Of a DNA stretch of 64,000 nt, positions 24,912-36,233 are shown piece after piece; the stretch's first letter is position 1, and every line of letters begins with the position of its first letter. The stretch is from a virus (taxonomy: Duplodnaviria; Caudoviricetes), in the IMG/VR virus record IMGVR_UViG_3300028048_000059, positions 1 through 64,000 of that record; one strand, given 5' to 3'. The translations under genes were made by a program, and so were the position numbers. The notes beneath the pieces are model-generated. The model searched no databases, was not told where the DNA came from, and saw only the letters and a list, made by a program, of their open reading frames with translations.

Positions 24912-27495
24912 TAATGGCTTTTTACTTGATGGCATACCTATTGAAAAAGGTGTCGTTCTTACTAAGCAATTCTTGGATAATAACCAAGAATTGCTTACAA
25001 ATTATTTGAATTGTTGGATTCTGTACCCAGATTTATATTTAGATGCTATTCAGCCGCAAGAAGATCGCAAAAATTTTCATCTTTTCTTCTATCAACGTAT
25101 TGCGCTTCGTGCAAGCATGAGGTATAAATATCATTTTTGGACCGCTACACGTGCAACATCCAAATCTTTTACTGCTTATCTTGCGGCGGTTGTTCGTGCA
25201 GTTCTCTTACCGAACTCACAAATTTTCATTGCCTCTGACGTGAAAGGCACTGTTATTAAAATTGCAGATGCTAAATTTAATGAAATTTGGCGCCATTGGC
25301 CGATGCTACGTAATGAGCTTGCTACCCGTGCAGATGATGGACGTACTGGTGAAAAACGTAGTGGTAACTACTATGAACTTTATTTTAAAAATGGTAGCGC
25401 GATCACCGTTGTTTCAAAAGACACGAGCCGTGGTTTACGTGCCAATTTCGGCATTCTTGAAGAGGCCGCAACAATTGAAGAAGACGACTACAATGCTGTG
25501 CTATTGCCTCAGATGAACGTAGCAAGGCGTGAAGTCGATGGTTCTTTAAATCCAGAAGAACCTTCAAGCCCGCAAACCTTCATAACAACAGCAAGAGAAA
25601 AAACAGTTTTTATGTATTCTAAGTTGATAGAATGCGCAGTTAATGCGGTTTTGCGGCCGCAAGACAGCTTCGTATGGGGTTTAAGCTACGAAGTACCCCT
25701 TCATTATGGTTTAATTGACCGTCAAACCATTATGGACCAACGCTATTCTAAAACTATGAATGAAGAAATATTTGCCAGAGAGAATTTAAGTATATGGACT
25801 GGCAACAACGCAGAAGCATGGCTAGATTCTAAAAAATTAAGCAAGCGCCGAACTTTATTAAAGTGTGAACGAAAAGCGCAAGAAAATCCAACTAATCCAA
25901 ATACCTTCTATATAGTTAGTGCCGATATCGCTCGTTATTCTGCGAACACGGCTATAACTGTAATCAAGGTAATTCCTACTCAAAATTGTTTTAAAAAACG
26001 TGTTATTTATACGGAAGTAATACATGGCGCCAATTATATCACTGAGCAAGCGCCACGTTTAAAGAAATTGATTCAGCTCTATCAACCAAGGGAGGTTGTC
26101 ATTGACGGCAATGGGCGGAATGAAATCTGGCCCACCTGACAAGTAATTGTCTTGATTAAACTCTTTTAATTGCGGGAACATCCCAAGTGGACAATCCGCA
26201 GCCAAGCATAAAAATTATTTTAAGGAGAGAAATTTATGATGAAAATTATACCCCATAACTACGTTACAAGGTATGGATATCATTATTTTGCCACCGATGA
26301 TGGGCATATTTATTCAGAACACTTAAAAAGAAATATCAGTGAATATTATGATAAAGATGGATATAAAAAAGTTCGTTTATGCAACGGTACTGGCGAACGA
26401 AAAGTATTTTCTGTACATAGATTAATTTTAGAAACTTTTTGCCCTAATGAAAATAGCAATAACTTGCAAGTTAATCATAAAGATGGCGATAAAACCAATA
26501 ATGCTTTATCAAATTTAGAATGGGTTACTTGTAAAGAAAATATAAACCACGCTTATAATTTAGGTTTATATACTAACATTGGAGACAATAATAATGGTGA
26601 ACATAAATTAGTTACTTCACAAGTTTTAGAAATTATTCAATTGTTATTAGATCATGAAATGACTATACAAGAAATTGCTAATAAGTATTCAGTTAGTAAA
26701 CATGCAATTGAATCAATTAAATATAAAAAAACTTGGAAGCATCTTACTAAAAATATTAATTTTTATGAAGGTTCAACGACCAGTCAGAATGACGTAGATC
26801 GCAAGCAAATGGCGATCGAAATGGAGAGCTCCTCAATTGAGGATGATGAGATGGTCTGAACTATATGGTAACATATAGCTGGATAAAATCCGCATAAGAA
26901 CTTGCGATTCTTATGGAACATAATTACAGGAATTGGCCTGCTTGATGCCATGGCATTGCCTTCTTTTGATGCAAAAACTGGCGAGCAATTCCCCGCTTAC
27001 TATGTTTTTAACAATGAGCATCATTTGCCGCCAGAAAAGAAAACACCTAGCGAAGAACCTTGGCCAGAAATAAATGGTATCATTTATGACATTAAAGCGG
27101 GCGCATCTAATGATGATGAAATTCATTCGAATTTTTTTGCTCAAATTAATAATGGTACAGTTTCTTTCTTAGCGTCTGAGCGTGTTGTAAAGGATAAATT
27201 GTTAAAAACTAAAAAAGGGCAAGCGATGAGTTTCTATGATAGAAGGGTATTCCTTTTACCATATGAAATGACTTCTCGCCTGATGGATGAGTTAAATAAT
27301 TTAAAATTAAAACCTACTGGCGTGCAGAATCAATTTAAAGTAGAGCGCATTTCTCATTCTATTGAGAAAGACCGCTTCTCATCGCTGGAATACAATCTCT
27401 TCCGTGTAAAATATTATGAAGATAAAGCAACACGAAAAAATAAAAGTCGTGATTTTAATAAATACATATTTTTTAGTCCTAGAAAAAGGGGGTGA
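24895..27495 (+). CDS. terL: Terminase large subunit, spliced (24895..26116 + 26927..27495, ~596 aa)
   Basis: Walker A-like TRATSKS, SRGLR, Walker B ILEE, coupling motif ITT, nuclease SADIAR. The join reads IDGNG-PGIGLLD; C-terminal KDRFS. Confidence 0.9.
26117..26926 (+). mobile_element. Group I intron in terL
   Basis: P: AATTGCGGGAA; Q: AATCCGCAGCC; P7 GACCA/TGGTC; P1 and P10 pairing. Removal restores the reading frame. Confidence 0.85.
26236..26859 (+). CDS. Intron-encoded HNH homing endonuclease
   Basis: VHRLILETF...VNHKDGDKTNNALSNLEW, AAGGAG RBS. Confidence 0.9.
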   Translation: MMKIIPHNYVTRYGYHYFATDDGHIYSEHLKRNISEYYDKDGYKKVRLCNGTGERKVFSVHRLILETFCPNENSNNLQVNHKDGDKTNNALSNLEWVTCKENINHAYNLGLYTNIGDNNNGEHKLVTSQVLEIIQLLLDHEMTIQEIANKYSVSKHAIESIKYKKTWKHLTKNINFYEGSTTSQNDVDRKQMAIEMESSSIEDDEMV

Positions 27496-29054
27496 GCATT
27501 TTGGGAACACAGCGTGAAAAATATGATTTCTCGAACTTTAAGTTACGCGTGAATCGTGTGAAACGGGCTCCATTTAATATCACAGGTTACAATCGTTGGG
27601 GATACGATGGGGCAAAACGTTTCAGCGACGATTTTACCTTAGAAGAAATCCAACAAATCATTCGCTCTGGTGATGTTCAGGCTTACCGTGAATTATCGTT
27701 ATATTATTATCGTACTAATAGTGAGTATCGTAATAATATTGACTATTTGGCGGCCCTACCTTTATATGACACTGTTGTCATTCCAGTAATGGAAGAAGGG
27801 CGCGGTTCCGCTACACAAATTCGTAAAAATTTTGAGAAGGCTTGTGAATTTATTGAAAATTTAGATGTTCCAAATACATTTTCTCACATTACAAGAGAAT
27901 GGTTAAAAACAGGCATTTATTATGGTGTATTGCGCACAGATGGCGATTTGGTGGTTATTCAAGATTTGCCGTTAGAATATTGTCGCGTGCGTTTTAAGGA
28001 CATGCATAATTTAAATATTTTGGAATTTAATCTTACTTATTTTCTTAGGATTAGTGATGAAGAACTTCGTAGAGAGGCCGTAGAAAGCTTTCCAGAAATT
28101 GTACAAGAAGCATGGCATGAATATTATGATCTGCACACACGTATTGATACGTGGGTAATGCTGCCTGCCGGCTCTGGCGGCGTTAGCTTTTCTTTTGCAG
28201 ATGATCAGACGCCACTATTGCTAGCAAGTATTGAGAGCTTGAAAAAGCTAGATGATGCCGTTAAACGCGAAGAGAAACGCGATGAAAACGAATTATATAA
28301 ATTATTAATTCAAAAAATGCCAATAGATAAAAATGGTGAACTTGTTTTCCAACTTGAAGAAGTTGCAGATATTCACGCTTCTGTCGCAGAAATGCTAAGT
28401 GACACAGATACGGTTGATGTATTGACTACTTTTGGTGATACAAGTTTAGAGAGTTTACAGGACACTTCGGCCGCCTCACAATCTGCGGATCGTATTGAAA
28501 AATATCGTAAAAATACATTTGATGCGTTAGGCCGCAGTTCTTTGCTATTTAATGCAGAAGGTAGTTCTTCTCTTGCTTATTCTATTAAGAAAGATGAAGC
28601 ATTAATGACGGTATATTTAAATGCCTATGAGACTTGGATTAAGTATCATTTGAATGAAAAATTTGCGCGCAATGGATTAAGTTTTGACTTTGAGATTCTA
28701 CCAACAACAGTTTTTAATCGTCAAGATATACAAGCAACATATTTCCGTGGCGCTCAATATGGTTATTCAAAAATGTTTGCTGGCGTTGCTATTGGCATCA
28801 AACAGCGCGATCAATTATCGCTTATGGATTTTGAAAATGAGTTGTTACACATGTCTGAAAAGATGATTCCATTACAATCTTCTTATACAACATCTGGTGT
28901 TGCGGTTGCGCAAGAAGAAAAAAGTAATTCTACTACACAAAAAACCACAATCAGCACGCAGAGTAACGACTTAGATAATAAGGGGGGTCGTCCCGAACTT
29001 CCCGATGAACAAAAATCTGAAAAAACTCAGGCCAATATCGCGGCCGCGGGTTAA
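27492..29054 (+). CDS. Portal protein
   Basis: 520 aa directly after terL, C-terminal GGRP motif. Confidence 0.8.
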   Translation: MSILGTQREKYDFSNFKLRVNRVKRAPFNITGYNRWGYDGAKRFSDDFTLEEIQQIIRSGDVQAYRELSLYYYRTNSEYRNNIDYLAALPLYDTVVIPVMEEGRGSATQIRKNFEKACEFIENLDVPNTFSHITREWLKTGIYYGVLRTDGDLVVIQDLPLEYCRVRFKDMHNLNILEFNLTYFLRISDEELRREAVESFPEIVQEAWHEYYDLHTRIDTWVMLPAGSGGVSFSFADDQTPLLLASIESLKKLDDAVKREEKRDENELYKLLIQKMPIDKNGELVFQLEEVADIHASVAEMLSDTDTVDVLTTFGDTSLESLQDTSAASQSADRIEKYRKNTFDALGRSSLLFNAEGSSSLAYSIKKDEALMTVYLNAYETWIKYHLNEKFARNGLSFDFEILPTTVFNRQDIQATYFRGAQYGYSKMFAGVAIGIKQRDQLSLMDFENELLHMSEKMIPLQSSYTTSGVAVAQEEKSNSTTQKTTISTQSNDLDNKGGRPELPDEQKSEKTQANIAAAG

Positions 29055-29059
29055 GGAGA

Positions 29060-30313
29060 ATGAATATGGATAAAAATATACCTATTTATTTTGATAGTAT
29101 AATTATTGATTCTCCATTTCAAGAAATTTCTCAAGATACCCCAAACATTGGCCGCTTAAAGGTTAGGGTGTTTTCAAAATATGGAAACCGCAATGGTTCC
29201 TATATTACTGATGCCGTAGCAGATCAATTAATTCAATCTGCTATTGGCGGGAACACTCCCGTTGTTGGGTTCTTTGATCCTGAAACAAATTCATGGGCAT
29301 CTCATACTGGCCCTATGATTGCAAATGCTTATGGATATGTTGAGGATTTCTTAGGATGGCAATCATTTGATGATACAGATGGCGTAGCTCGTGACTATGC
29401 TGTTTTCTCAGTAGTGCTTTTTACAGATTATTTCGATGAAGCGCGCAAGATTCTTGGTCAAAACCAATCAATGGAATTAGACCCAGCGTCTATCACCGGC
29501 GAATGGGCAGATATCGAAAATCAACCATATTATGTCTACAAAACAGCTAAGATGCTAGGTTTTTGTGTAATCGGTGATCACGAGCCATGCTTTTCTGTGT
29601 CTTCATTCTTCGCGAAGAATGATGAAAATTATAATAATCAATATGAAAAATTTGCTTCTTTATTATCTGATTTAAAGGTTAAAGTAGAAGCAACTGAAAA
29701 AGATATGGGAGGAGAACATCCAATGGACGTATTTGAAAATCAAGTTGCCGTTGAAGAGATTCAAGAAGCTCCCGAAGTAGAAGTTAATGTTGTTGAAGAA
29801 ACAACCGCACCTGAAAATTTTGAGAAGGAAGAAGAACAAGTAGAGGTTACCGTAGAAGAAACAGAAGTAACCGAACCTACTGAATTCGAACTTCTACAAC
29901 AGCGTTTTGAAGAGCTTCAGGCTTCTTATGATGCATTACAGGAGCGTTTTGATCAGGTTTCTAATGAATTTTCTGCTTTTCAAACAAGCGCAAATGAAGA
30001 GTTGGAAACTTTACGCAATCAAAACACGGAATTACAAGCTTCTGTCCAAAATTATGAAGCCCAAGCAATAGAAATAGAAGAGAATCGCAAAAATATTTTG
30101 CTTGAAAAATATGAAAAGATGCTTGACGCGGAAGAAATTGCACCAATCCGTGAAGCGTCTAAGGACTATTCTTATGAAGAATTGGAGTCAAAGTTGGCTG
30201 TTATGTTTGTTAATGCTAAAATGAACGGCAGTGAAGAAGTGCAAAAAGTCCCACTACCTGAGCCACAAGAATCCCAATTCGCGTTACTTATGAAAAAATA
30301 TCGTAAAAACTAA
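29060..30313 (+). CDS. Prohead protease/scaffold
   Basis: GNRNGS, H, QSMEL, GFCVIG...PCF, followed by an acidic coiled coil. Position fits. Confidence 0.75.
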   Translation: MNMDKNIPIYFDSIIIDSPFQEISQDTPNIGRLKVRVFSKYGNRNGSYITDAVADQLIQSAIGGNTPVVGFFDPETNSWASHTGPMIANAYGYVEDFLGWQSFDDTDGVARDYAVFSVVLFTDYFDEARKILGQNQSMELDPASITGEWADIENQPYYVYKTAKMLGFCVIGDHEPCFSVSSFFAKNDENYNNQYEKFASLLSDLKVKVEATEKDMGGEHPMDVFENQVAVEEIQEAPEVEVNVVEETTAPENFEKEEEQVEVTVEETEVTEPTEFELLQQRFEELQASYDALQERFDQVSNEFSAFQTSANEELETLRNQNTELQASVQNYEAQAIEIEENRKNILLEKYEKMLDAEEIAPIREASKDYSYEELESKLAVMFVNAKMNGSEEVQKVPLPEPQESQFALLMKKYRKN

Positions 30314-30326
30314 GGGGGTATATGTT

Positions 30327-30935
30327 ATGGCTCTTACTAACTTTCCAAAAGAACAATATGCTAGCCTAGAACTCAATCAAGTTGCGTTCCCCCAGACTGG
30401 CATGGTAGTTTCTCAAGTACCACTAGGCACAGCGTTTACCAAGGACGCGCCCTGTGAGAATGGTATGTGGGTAGTCGCTGATAAGGCTGCTGGCGTTATT
30501 AATGCTCCTGCCGCTGCTACTGACAAACCAATTGGTATTGTTTATACCACTGAAAAAGAATATGATTATATGCACTATGGACTAAAAACCTTTGGCCGCA
30601 AGATTGCTGGCGACTATCCTCGTGTAGGTATTCTTGGTGTAGGTGACACTGTTACCACCAACTGCTTACAGTATGATGATAGCGTATTCCAAGCAGTTAC
30701 TACTACTGGTAGTGAAAAGACTTCTGCCGAAGTTCTAGATGCTTATCTAAGCGCTCTAGATGATACTAATAAGGCTTATGTTGTTATTAGCACCAAGAAT
30801 GGCGCCAAGCCTGGTGTTCCAGAGATCGTTAAGACTCTACCCAATGGTTATGCTGGCATTTATGGCCGCATTGTAAAATACTACACTGTACCTAACGGCG
30901 AAAAGGGCGTTAAGTATCAGATTATTAGTCTATAA
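30327..30935 (+). CDS. Putative head decoration/structural protein
   Basis: Lies between scaffold and capsid; CENGM motif. Confidence 0.55.
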   Translation: MALTNFPKEQYASLELNQVAFPQTGMVVSQVPLGTAFTKDAPCENGMWVVADKAAGVINAPAAATDKPIGIVYTTEKEYDYMHYGLKTFGRKIAGDYPRVGILGVGDTVTTNCLQYDDSVFQAVTTTGSEKTSAEVLDAYLSALDDTNKAYVVISTKNGAKPGVPEIVKTLPNGYAGIYGRIVKYYTVPNGEKGVKYQIISL

Positions 30936-30950
30936 TAGGAGGTGCGAACT

Positions 30951-32045
30951 ATGAATACTCTACAAGTTCTAATGAATGGTGTTTTCGGCCGCAAGGTTCC
31001 TGCTGAGTTCGCTGCCGAAAATTATGACTATGAGGCCGCTCTACATGATGAGCTAGCTAAGTTATTCTGCGACGAAAATGGTCGTTTTAATCGTTATAAG
31101 TTTGAGCGCAATAAGATTGACCTATTTGAGTTACTTTCTGAGAATCTAGAAGAGGTTCTTCCTCGTAGCATTCAAGGCGCTCTTGATATGTTCACTGAAA
31201 TCATGCGTGTGCCACAGGGCGCTCGTCCAGAGTTCCGTGTAACTCGCGGCAAGCAACGTGGTCGTCAGTTTGTAACTCGTGCCACCGAGTCCGGCAATTA
31301 TGAAACCTTCCGTCTAGACCGTGATCGTTTTGACGTTTTCATTCAGGCGATCGGCGGCGCTGGTCGTGTAGATTTCGAACGCTATCTTGATGGCGTAGAG
31401 TCTATTACTGACATTTATGAAGTTATCAACCAAGGCATGATTGACCGCATCTTTGAGATGGTTCAAGAGGCTCTACTTGCTACTTGGAATCTCGCGGGCC
31501 GTCCTGCTCGCAACAAGGTTGTTGCCAATACCTTTGATCCTGTTGAGATGCAAAAGCTCTGCAACACCGTTGCGGCTTATGGTTCTCCTGTAATTTATTG
31601 CTCTCCCGAGTTCGCTGCTGAAATGGCTAATGCGATTGTATATGTGCATACTCCTGCTAGTGGCGCTGCTACTACTAAGATTGCTATTGCTGATCAGGAT
31701 CTAGTTGACATCCGTGAGCGTGGCTATATCGGCAAGTTCCGTGGCGTACCAGTTGTTGTAATGCCTCAGTCCTTCACTGATGAGTTCAACACCAAGCTAG
31801 CCATGAACCCCTCTTTCGCTTATGTTATTCCTACTGGCCGTGAGAAGCTAATCAAGCTAGTATTTGAAGGCGCTCCTTATTTCCGTGAGTGGGATGACCA
31901 TGAGGGCGATAATTCTATTACACTACAAGCTTATGCTAAGGTTGGTCTAGCTATTGTTTCTACTCCCAACTATTGGGGCATCTACTACAACAGTGGTATC
32001 GATGCTGGCGGCTGGGAAGACTATAACGACGCGCTAGTTGACTAA
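30951..32045 (+). CDS. Major capsid protein
   Basis: ~364 aa, AGGAGG RBS, GYIGKFRGVPVV, strong codon bias, terminator follows. Confidence 0.85.
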   Translation: MNTLQVLMNGVFGRKVPAEFAAENYDYEAALHDELAKLFCDENGRFNRYKFERNKIDLFELLSENLEEVLPRSIQGALDMFTEIMRVPQGARPEFRVTRGKQRGRQFVTRATESGNYETFRLDRDRFDVFIQAIGGAGRVDFERYLDGVESITDIYEVINQGMIDRIFEMVQEALLATWNLAGRPARNKVVANTFDPVEMQKLCNTVAAYGSPVIYCSPEFAAEMANAIVYVHTPASGAATTKIAIADQDLVDIRERGYIGKFRGVPVVVMPQSFTDEFNTKLAMNPSFAYVIPTGREKLIKLVFEGAPYFREWDDHEGDNSITLQAYAKVGLAIVSTPNYWGIYYNSGIDAGGWEDYNDALVD

Positions 32046-32058
32046 TTGATATAGATTG

Positions 32059-32090
32059 AGAATGGGTGGTATACCCACCCATTCTTTTTT
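32059..32090 (+). terminator. Rho-independent terminator
   Basis: AGAATGGGTGG/CCACCCATTCT plus T run. Confidence 0.85.
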
Positions 32091-32110
32091 GGAGTTAAAG
32101 GAGGAATATT

Positions 32111-32551
32111 ATGAATAAGATTACAATGAAGAACGTAAGTTCGGCGACTGTCAGTGTTATTTCTGATAATTTTAGGCGTTCACTAGCGCCAGGCCGCGTA
32201 GTTCCAATTACGCGCGCTATTTATGACGATTTAATGTTTGATCCCGGTTTCGTTAAACTAGTTGAATCTCACTTTTTGAAGATTGATGGTGTTAGCGACG
32301 ATCAGGGTGTCATTCCTAATGAGCAAAACGTATATGATGTTGCCGCAATTCGTTCTATGTTAGAAAATAAAGATTATGCCGCTTTTACTAAATTCATTCC
32401 TCATGCTACTGCCGCTGAGAAAGACACTGTTATAAAGCTTGCGGTAGAAATGGGAATTACAGATGGCGGCTTCACCGCTCTTATTAAGAAATATTGTGGC
32501 GTAGATGTTATTTCTGCTATTAATCAAAAACATCTTGCCGAAGAAAAGTAA
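32111..32551 (+). CDS. Hypothetical protein (head module)
   Basis: AGGAGG RBS, position. Confidence 0.7.
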   Translation: MNKITMKNVSSATVSVISDNFRRSLAPGRVVPITRAIYDDLMFDPGFVKLVESHFLKIDGVSDDQGVIPNEQNVYDVAAIRSMLENKDYAAFTKFIPHATAAEKDTVIKLAVEMGITDGGFTALIKKYCGVDVISAINQKHLAEEK

Positions 32552-33033
32552 TGGCTACACCTTTTCTAAAAGTTTATGACGCCTTTTTAGGGCGTATTAC
32601 CGCGGACGAATGGTCGCTAGAAGAAGAACTAGCTATTGTAGAGCGGGATTGGCAAGAACTTTTAAAAATTGCGGTCTTTCGTTTTAAGTATCCGCGAGTA
32701 GATTTAACAATAGAAGAAGTAGAACCTCCTGAACATGGTCGATTAGGAATATATCAATTTGCCGCCGATTTGAATAATGAAGAAATTCAATTACTTGCTT
32801 TATACATGAAGCATGAGTGGGTAAAGAGATGTATTGCTAGTTGGGAAAACATTCGCCAACTTTATGCCGATAAAGATTTCTCACAAGCAAACCATTTAGA
32901 TAAATTAAATAAACTTGAAGCCGCGATTGAATTAGAAGTTCATCGTGCCGAAGGAATTTATGATAGATCAAGGGAAAAGCGGCCAGCAGATTTATTCAAA
33001 AAGCTCGCCGGAAAAAAGAACATTGTCGGATGA
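32551..33033 (+). CDS. Putative head-tail adaptor
   Basis: MATPF..VYDAFL..I N-terminus, DFSQANHL, position. Confidence 0.6.
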   Translation: MATPFLKVYDAFLGRITADEWSLEEELAIVERDWQELLKIAVFRFKYPRVDLTIEEVEPPEHGRLGIYQFAADLNNEEIQLLALYMKHEWVKRCIASWENIRQLYADKDFSQANHLDKLNKLEAAIELEVHRAEGIYDRSREKRPADLFKKLAGKKNIVG

Positions 33034-33295
33034 AACTTTTGACGGATATAAGAATAAATTAAAAGGCCGATTATACGGCTTACTTTGTGAGAAAGAAAAA
33101 AATGGCGATTGGGAAAAATTTCTAGATTCAATTATTATTGAATTATATGGTTTAGGACCGAATTCAATTAATTACTGGGCGCTGATGGGAAAAATACAGG
33201 CGTTACGCTTCTTATCTTATGATGCGTTTCGCCGTACCGTTTTTGAGAGTATTAATCTTGTCGGCGGTTTAGATAAAAACGATGCATTATCTTGA
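33023..33295 (+). CDS. Small hypothetical protein (start uncertain)
   Basis: Open frame overlapping both neighbours; TTG start proposed. Confidence 0.55.
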   Translation: MSDETFDGYKNKLKGRLYGLLCEKEKNGDWEKFLDSIIIELYGLGPNSINYWALMGKIQALRFLSYDAFRRTVFESINLVGGLDKNDALS

Positions 33296-35707
33296 TGTAT
33301 ATTGGTCTAGAATAAACCATTTAGGAGAGACTACTGCTGAACGTATTAAAAATGGTGGTATTCGTTCATTTGAAAAATGGATGGCTGAATCACCACATAC
33401 GGTTCGAGATTTATCTGTGGAAAGAGGTCTTTATTTTGATGGATTAATTCTCACAAATAAAGATAAAGAATATGAAAAAATTATGTTTTTAAATGTTGCA
33501 AATGATATTCCTATTCGCGTTGGGGATATTATGAATTGGGCTATTGAAGATGGCACCATTGAAAAATGGATTTTAATTCAAAAAGAGAAAAAAGTAAATG
33601 GAACATATCAAACTTTTTGGATTGTACGTTGCAATTATTTATTAAAATGGATTGATGAGGTTGGGCATTTGAAACAATCTTGGGCATATGTTGTTAGTTC
33701 TCTTGATTCAAAAATTAAGGGAAATTATCGAACTTGAATTTCAGGTTCCTTAACCAGTAATGGTTATGAAAAATGCTATTGAATTGCTGGGAAATTTTAA
33801 TACTCTTTTTACTACAACACGATCCCTGAGACGGGATGAATGTGATAGTTACGAAAGTAGAAAAAAATAAAAGAGTTGATATAATGCTGTAAAGCTAATA
33901 TATCATACAATAAATAATCAGCAGCTAAGCTTAAATAAAAAAGAAAGTTCAACGACTATCCTTTATGGAGTAGGGCGAGTAAGCTCGAAGCGGTAGCCCC
34001 CTGATTAGGGTGAAGATATAGTCTGAAAGGAGTAACAATGAAAGGTATTATTTATTGTGCATATAATAAAATAAACGGAAAAAGATATATTGGGCAAACA
34101 ATTAAACCTTTGGAGCAACGGATTAAATTACATTATTATAGTTCAAATTGTACTTTATTCCATCGTGCTTTAATGAAGTATGAAGAAAAAGATTGGGAAT
34201 GGACAATCATTGATACTGGTGAAGCTGGTACAGAATTATCACAGAAAGAGCAATATTGGATTAATTATTATGATACTTATAACAATCCTTCTAAGGGATA
34301 CAATCTGACGAAAGGCGGCGAAGGCAGCCTTGGTGTTGTTGTAAGTGTTGAACATAAACAAAGAACACGTAACGCTATGTTAACATTAAAAATGAATCAT
34401 TATAAAGAAAAGGTTGAATCTATCAGCAAACCAATAAAATGTATAGAAACAAATGAAGTGTTTTCTTCTATTTCAGAAGCCGCTCGTGCAAAAAATGTTT
34501 CTAATTCTACAATTGCTAAGGCCGCACATTCTGAAAATGGAATGGCTGTTGGTTGCCATTGGAAATTTTTAACTGGTATTGAAAAATTAAAAGTATTAAA
34601 AAATGCTATTTATTGTGTAGAATTAGATCGATTTTATGAAAGTTTTAAAGAGGCTAGAAAGGTTGACAGATTTCATGAAGGAAATTTACGTCTGGCTATG
34701 ATCCAAGGCGACCCGTATGAAGGGAAAATATATGCTGGGTATACTTTTTATTGGGTTAATCCTGATTTACATAGTGGAATTCACTAATAACTCCACAACC
34801 AAACAAATATGCCGAAATCCTTATGCCACGTTATCCAATCAATCGTGCGACCAACTTTATCGTAGAAGACGAATCTTGGTCGGTAATTGAATATGACCAT
34901 ACCAGTGTGCCTGGTGTTATTTACTTATCTCTTACCGAAGGTAAAATTAATTCTATTTATGATGATATCATTAATGATATTGCCGATACTGATCGTTTAG
35001 CGCAATATTCATTAAGTGTGCCAGAAAAAGTGCAAACATTTAAACCCGGTGATAAAATTGAGCCAAAATTTACTTTAATGAAAAATGGGATGCCATGTGG
35101 CGCAGCATATAAAATTTTGTCTGCGCCCGAAAGTAAGGATAAGACCAAAGAAAAGGATGGCCAACTTACTGTCGCGCCAGATGCTACTGGCGAGATAACC
35201 ATTATTATACAATTAGTTGATTACCCTGAAATTCAAAAAATGATGACTATTCAAGTTAGTAATGTAGATCAAGAATTTTCTGTATATATTGATGGTAAAT
35301 CAACTATTTCCTTAGATAGGCATGCTACCTATCAATTGCAGACCACTGACGAAAATTACAGTGGCGCTAATATTTTCCAACTCTACAAATTATTAGTAGT
35401 TGAAGAATCTGATATAGAACAATATGATAATGATGATTATGTTTTATTTAATCATCCACGCATTGAAGGCGCAAAACTTGCTTTACACAAAAGTGCTGAT
35501 TGGGCCAATTATAGTGCGGCCGCAACTATAACCGAGTTTGCGAAGCAGTATGAAAAAGAGTCAGTTCTTGCTGTGATAAAGGAAAATAATGTTGTGCAAG
35601 CAAATAATAGGAATAAATTAGGCTTTACAATGTTAGCAAATATTTATGAGTATGACGGACAATTTAATATTACTTTTAAGATAATAGAAATTGTTCCATT
35701 ATGGTAG
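33282..35707 (+). CDS. Neck/head-closure-like protein, spliced (33282..33734 + 34775..35707, ~461 aa)
   Basis: The join GNYRT-WNSLITPQPN is in frame. RCNYLLKW motif, position. Confidence 0.7.
33735..34774 (+). mobile_element. Group I intron
   Basis: P1 GAACU|UGA..UCAGGUUC with U-G pair, 9-bp P10, GAATTGCTGGGAA, AATCAGCAGC, P7 GACTA/TAGTC, terminal G. Confidence 0.9.
34038..34787 (+). CDS. Intron-encoded GIY-YIG homing endonuclease (NUMOD1-like repeats)
   Basis: GIIYCAYNKINGKRYIGQT, EQYWI, GYN, FSSISEAAR. Confidence 0.9.
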   Translation: MKGIIYCAYNKINGKRYIGQTIKPLEQRIKLHYYSSNCTLFHRALMKYEEKDWEWTIIDTGEAGTELSQKEQYWINYYDTYNNPSKGYNLTKGGEGSLGVVVSVEHKQRTRNAMLTLKMNHYKEKVESISKPIKCIETNEVFSSISEAARAKNVSNSTIAKAAHSENGMAVGCHWKFLTGIEKLKVLKNAIYCVELDRFYESFKEARKVDRFHEGNLRLAMIQGDPYEGKIYAGYTFYWVNPDLHSGIH

Positions 35708-35711
35708 GTGA

Positions 35712-36233
35712 GTGTATATGGATTTAGAAATGACTCAAAGACGCTTTTCTGTCATGGGTGAAAATGCTTTTATTATTGCTAACAGAATAATGTCTAATCA
35801 AAGAGTTTGTCGTTTGTTAAAATATCAAACACGTAATCCTTTTGCTTTGAAAGAAAACGGAAAAGATCAACCTGACGTGGATGGTGCAGAGCTTATTAAT
35901 AAACAAATATTAATTGTTCCAAAAATTTATGATGATTCAACTGAAAAAATGTCGTATGTTACGGCTATTTTTGATGATTTTGTAGTGAATCAATTAAATC
36001 CAGAATTTAAAATTTCAACAGTGCGTTTTGATGTTGTTTGTCCTTATGATGAATGGATTTTGAATGATAAATCATTGCGGCCATATTTGATTATGGAAGA
36101 AATTGATAGAATGTTTAACCAAAAACCACTACGTGGCATTGGTAATTTACAATTCCATCGAGCAGATAATTTGGCTTTGTCTCCATGGATAGGCGGTTAT
36201 TCCATGAGGTATAAGATTAATGAATTTAACTGA
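35712..36233 (+). CDS. Putative tail completion/terminator protein
   Basis: Position before the tail tube; LRPY.IM.EID...N...GIG. Confidence 0.55.
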   Translation: MYMDLEMTQRRFSVMGENAFIIANRIMSNQRVCRLLKYQTRNPFALKENGKDQPDVDGAELINKQILIVPKIYDDSTEKMSYVTAIFDDFVVNQLNPEFKISTVRFDVVCPYDEWILNDKSLRPYLIMEEIDRMFNQKPLRGIGNLQFHRADNLALSPWIGGYSMRYKINEFN

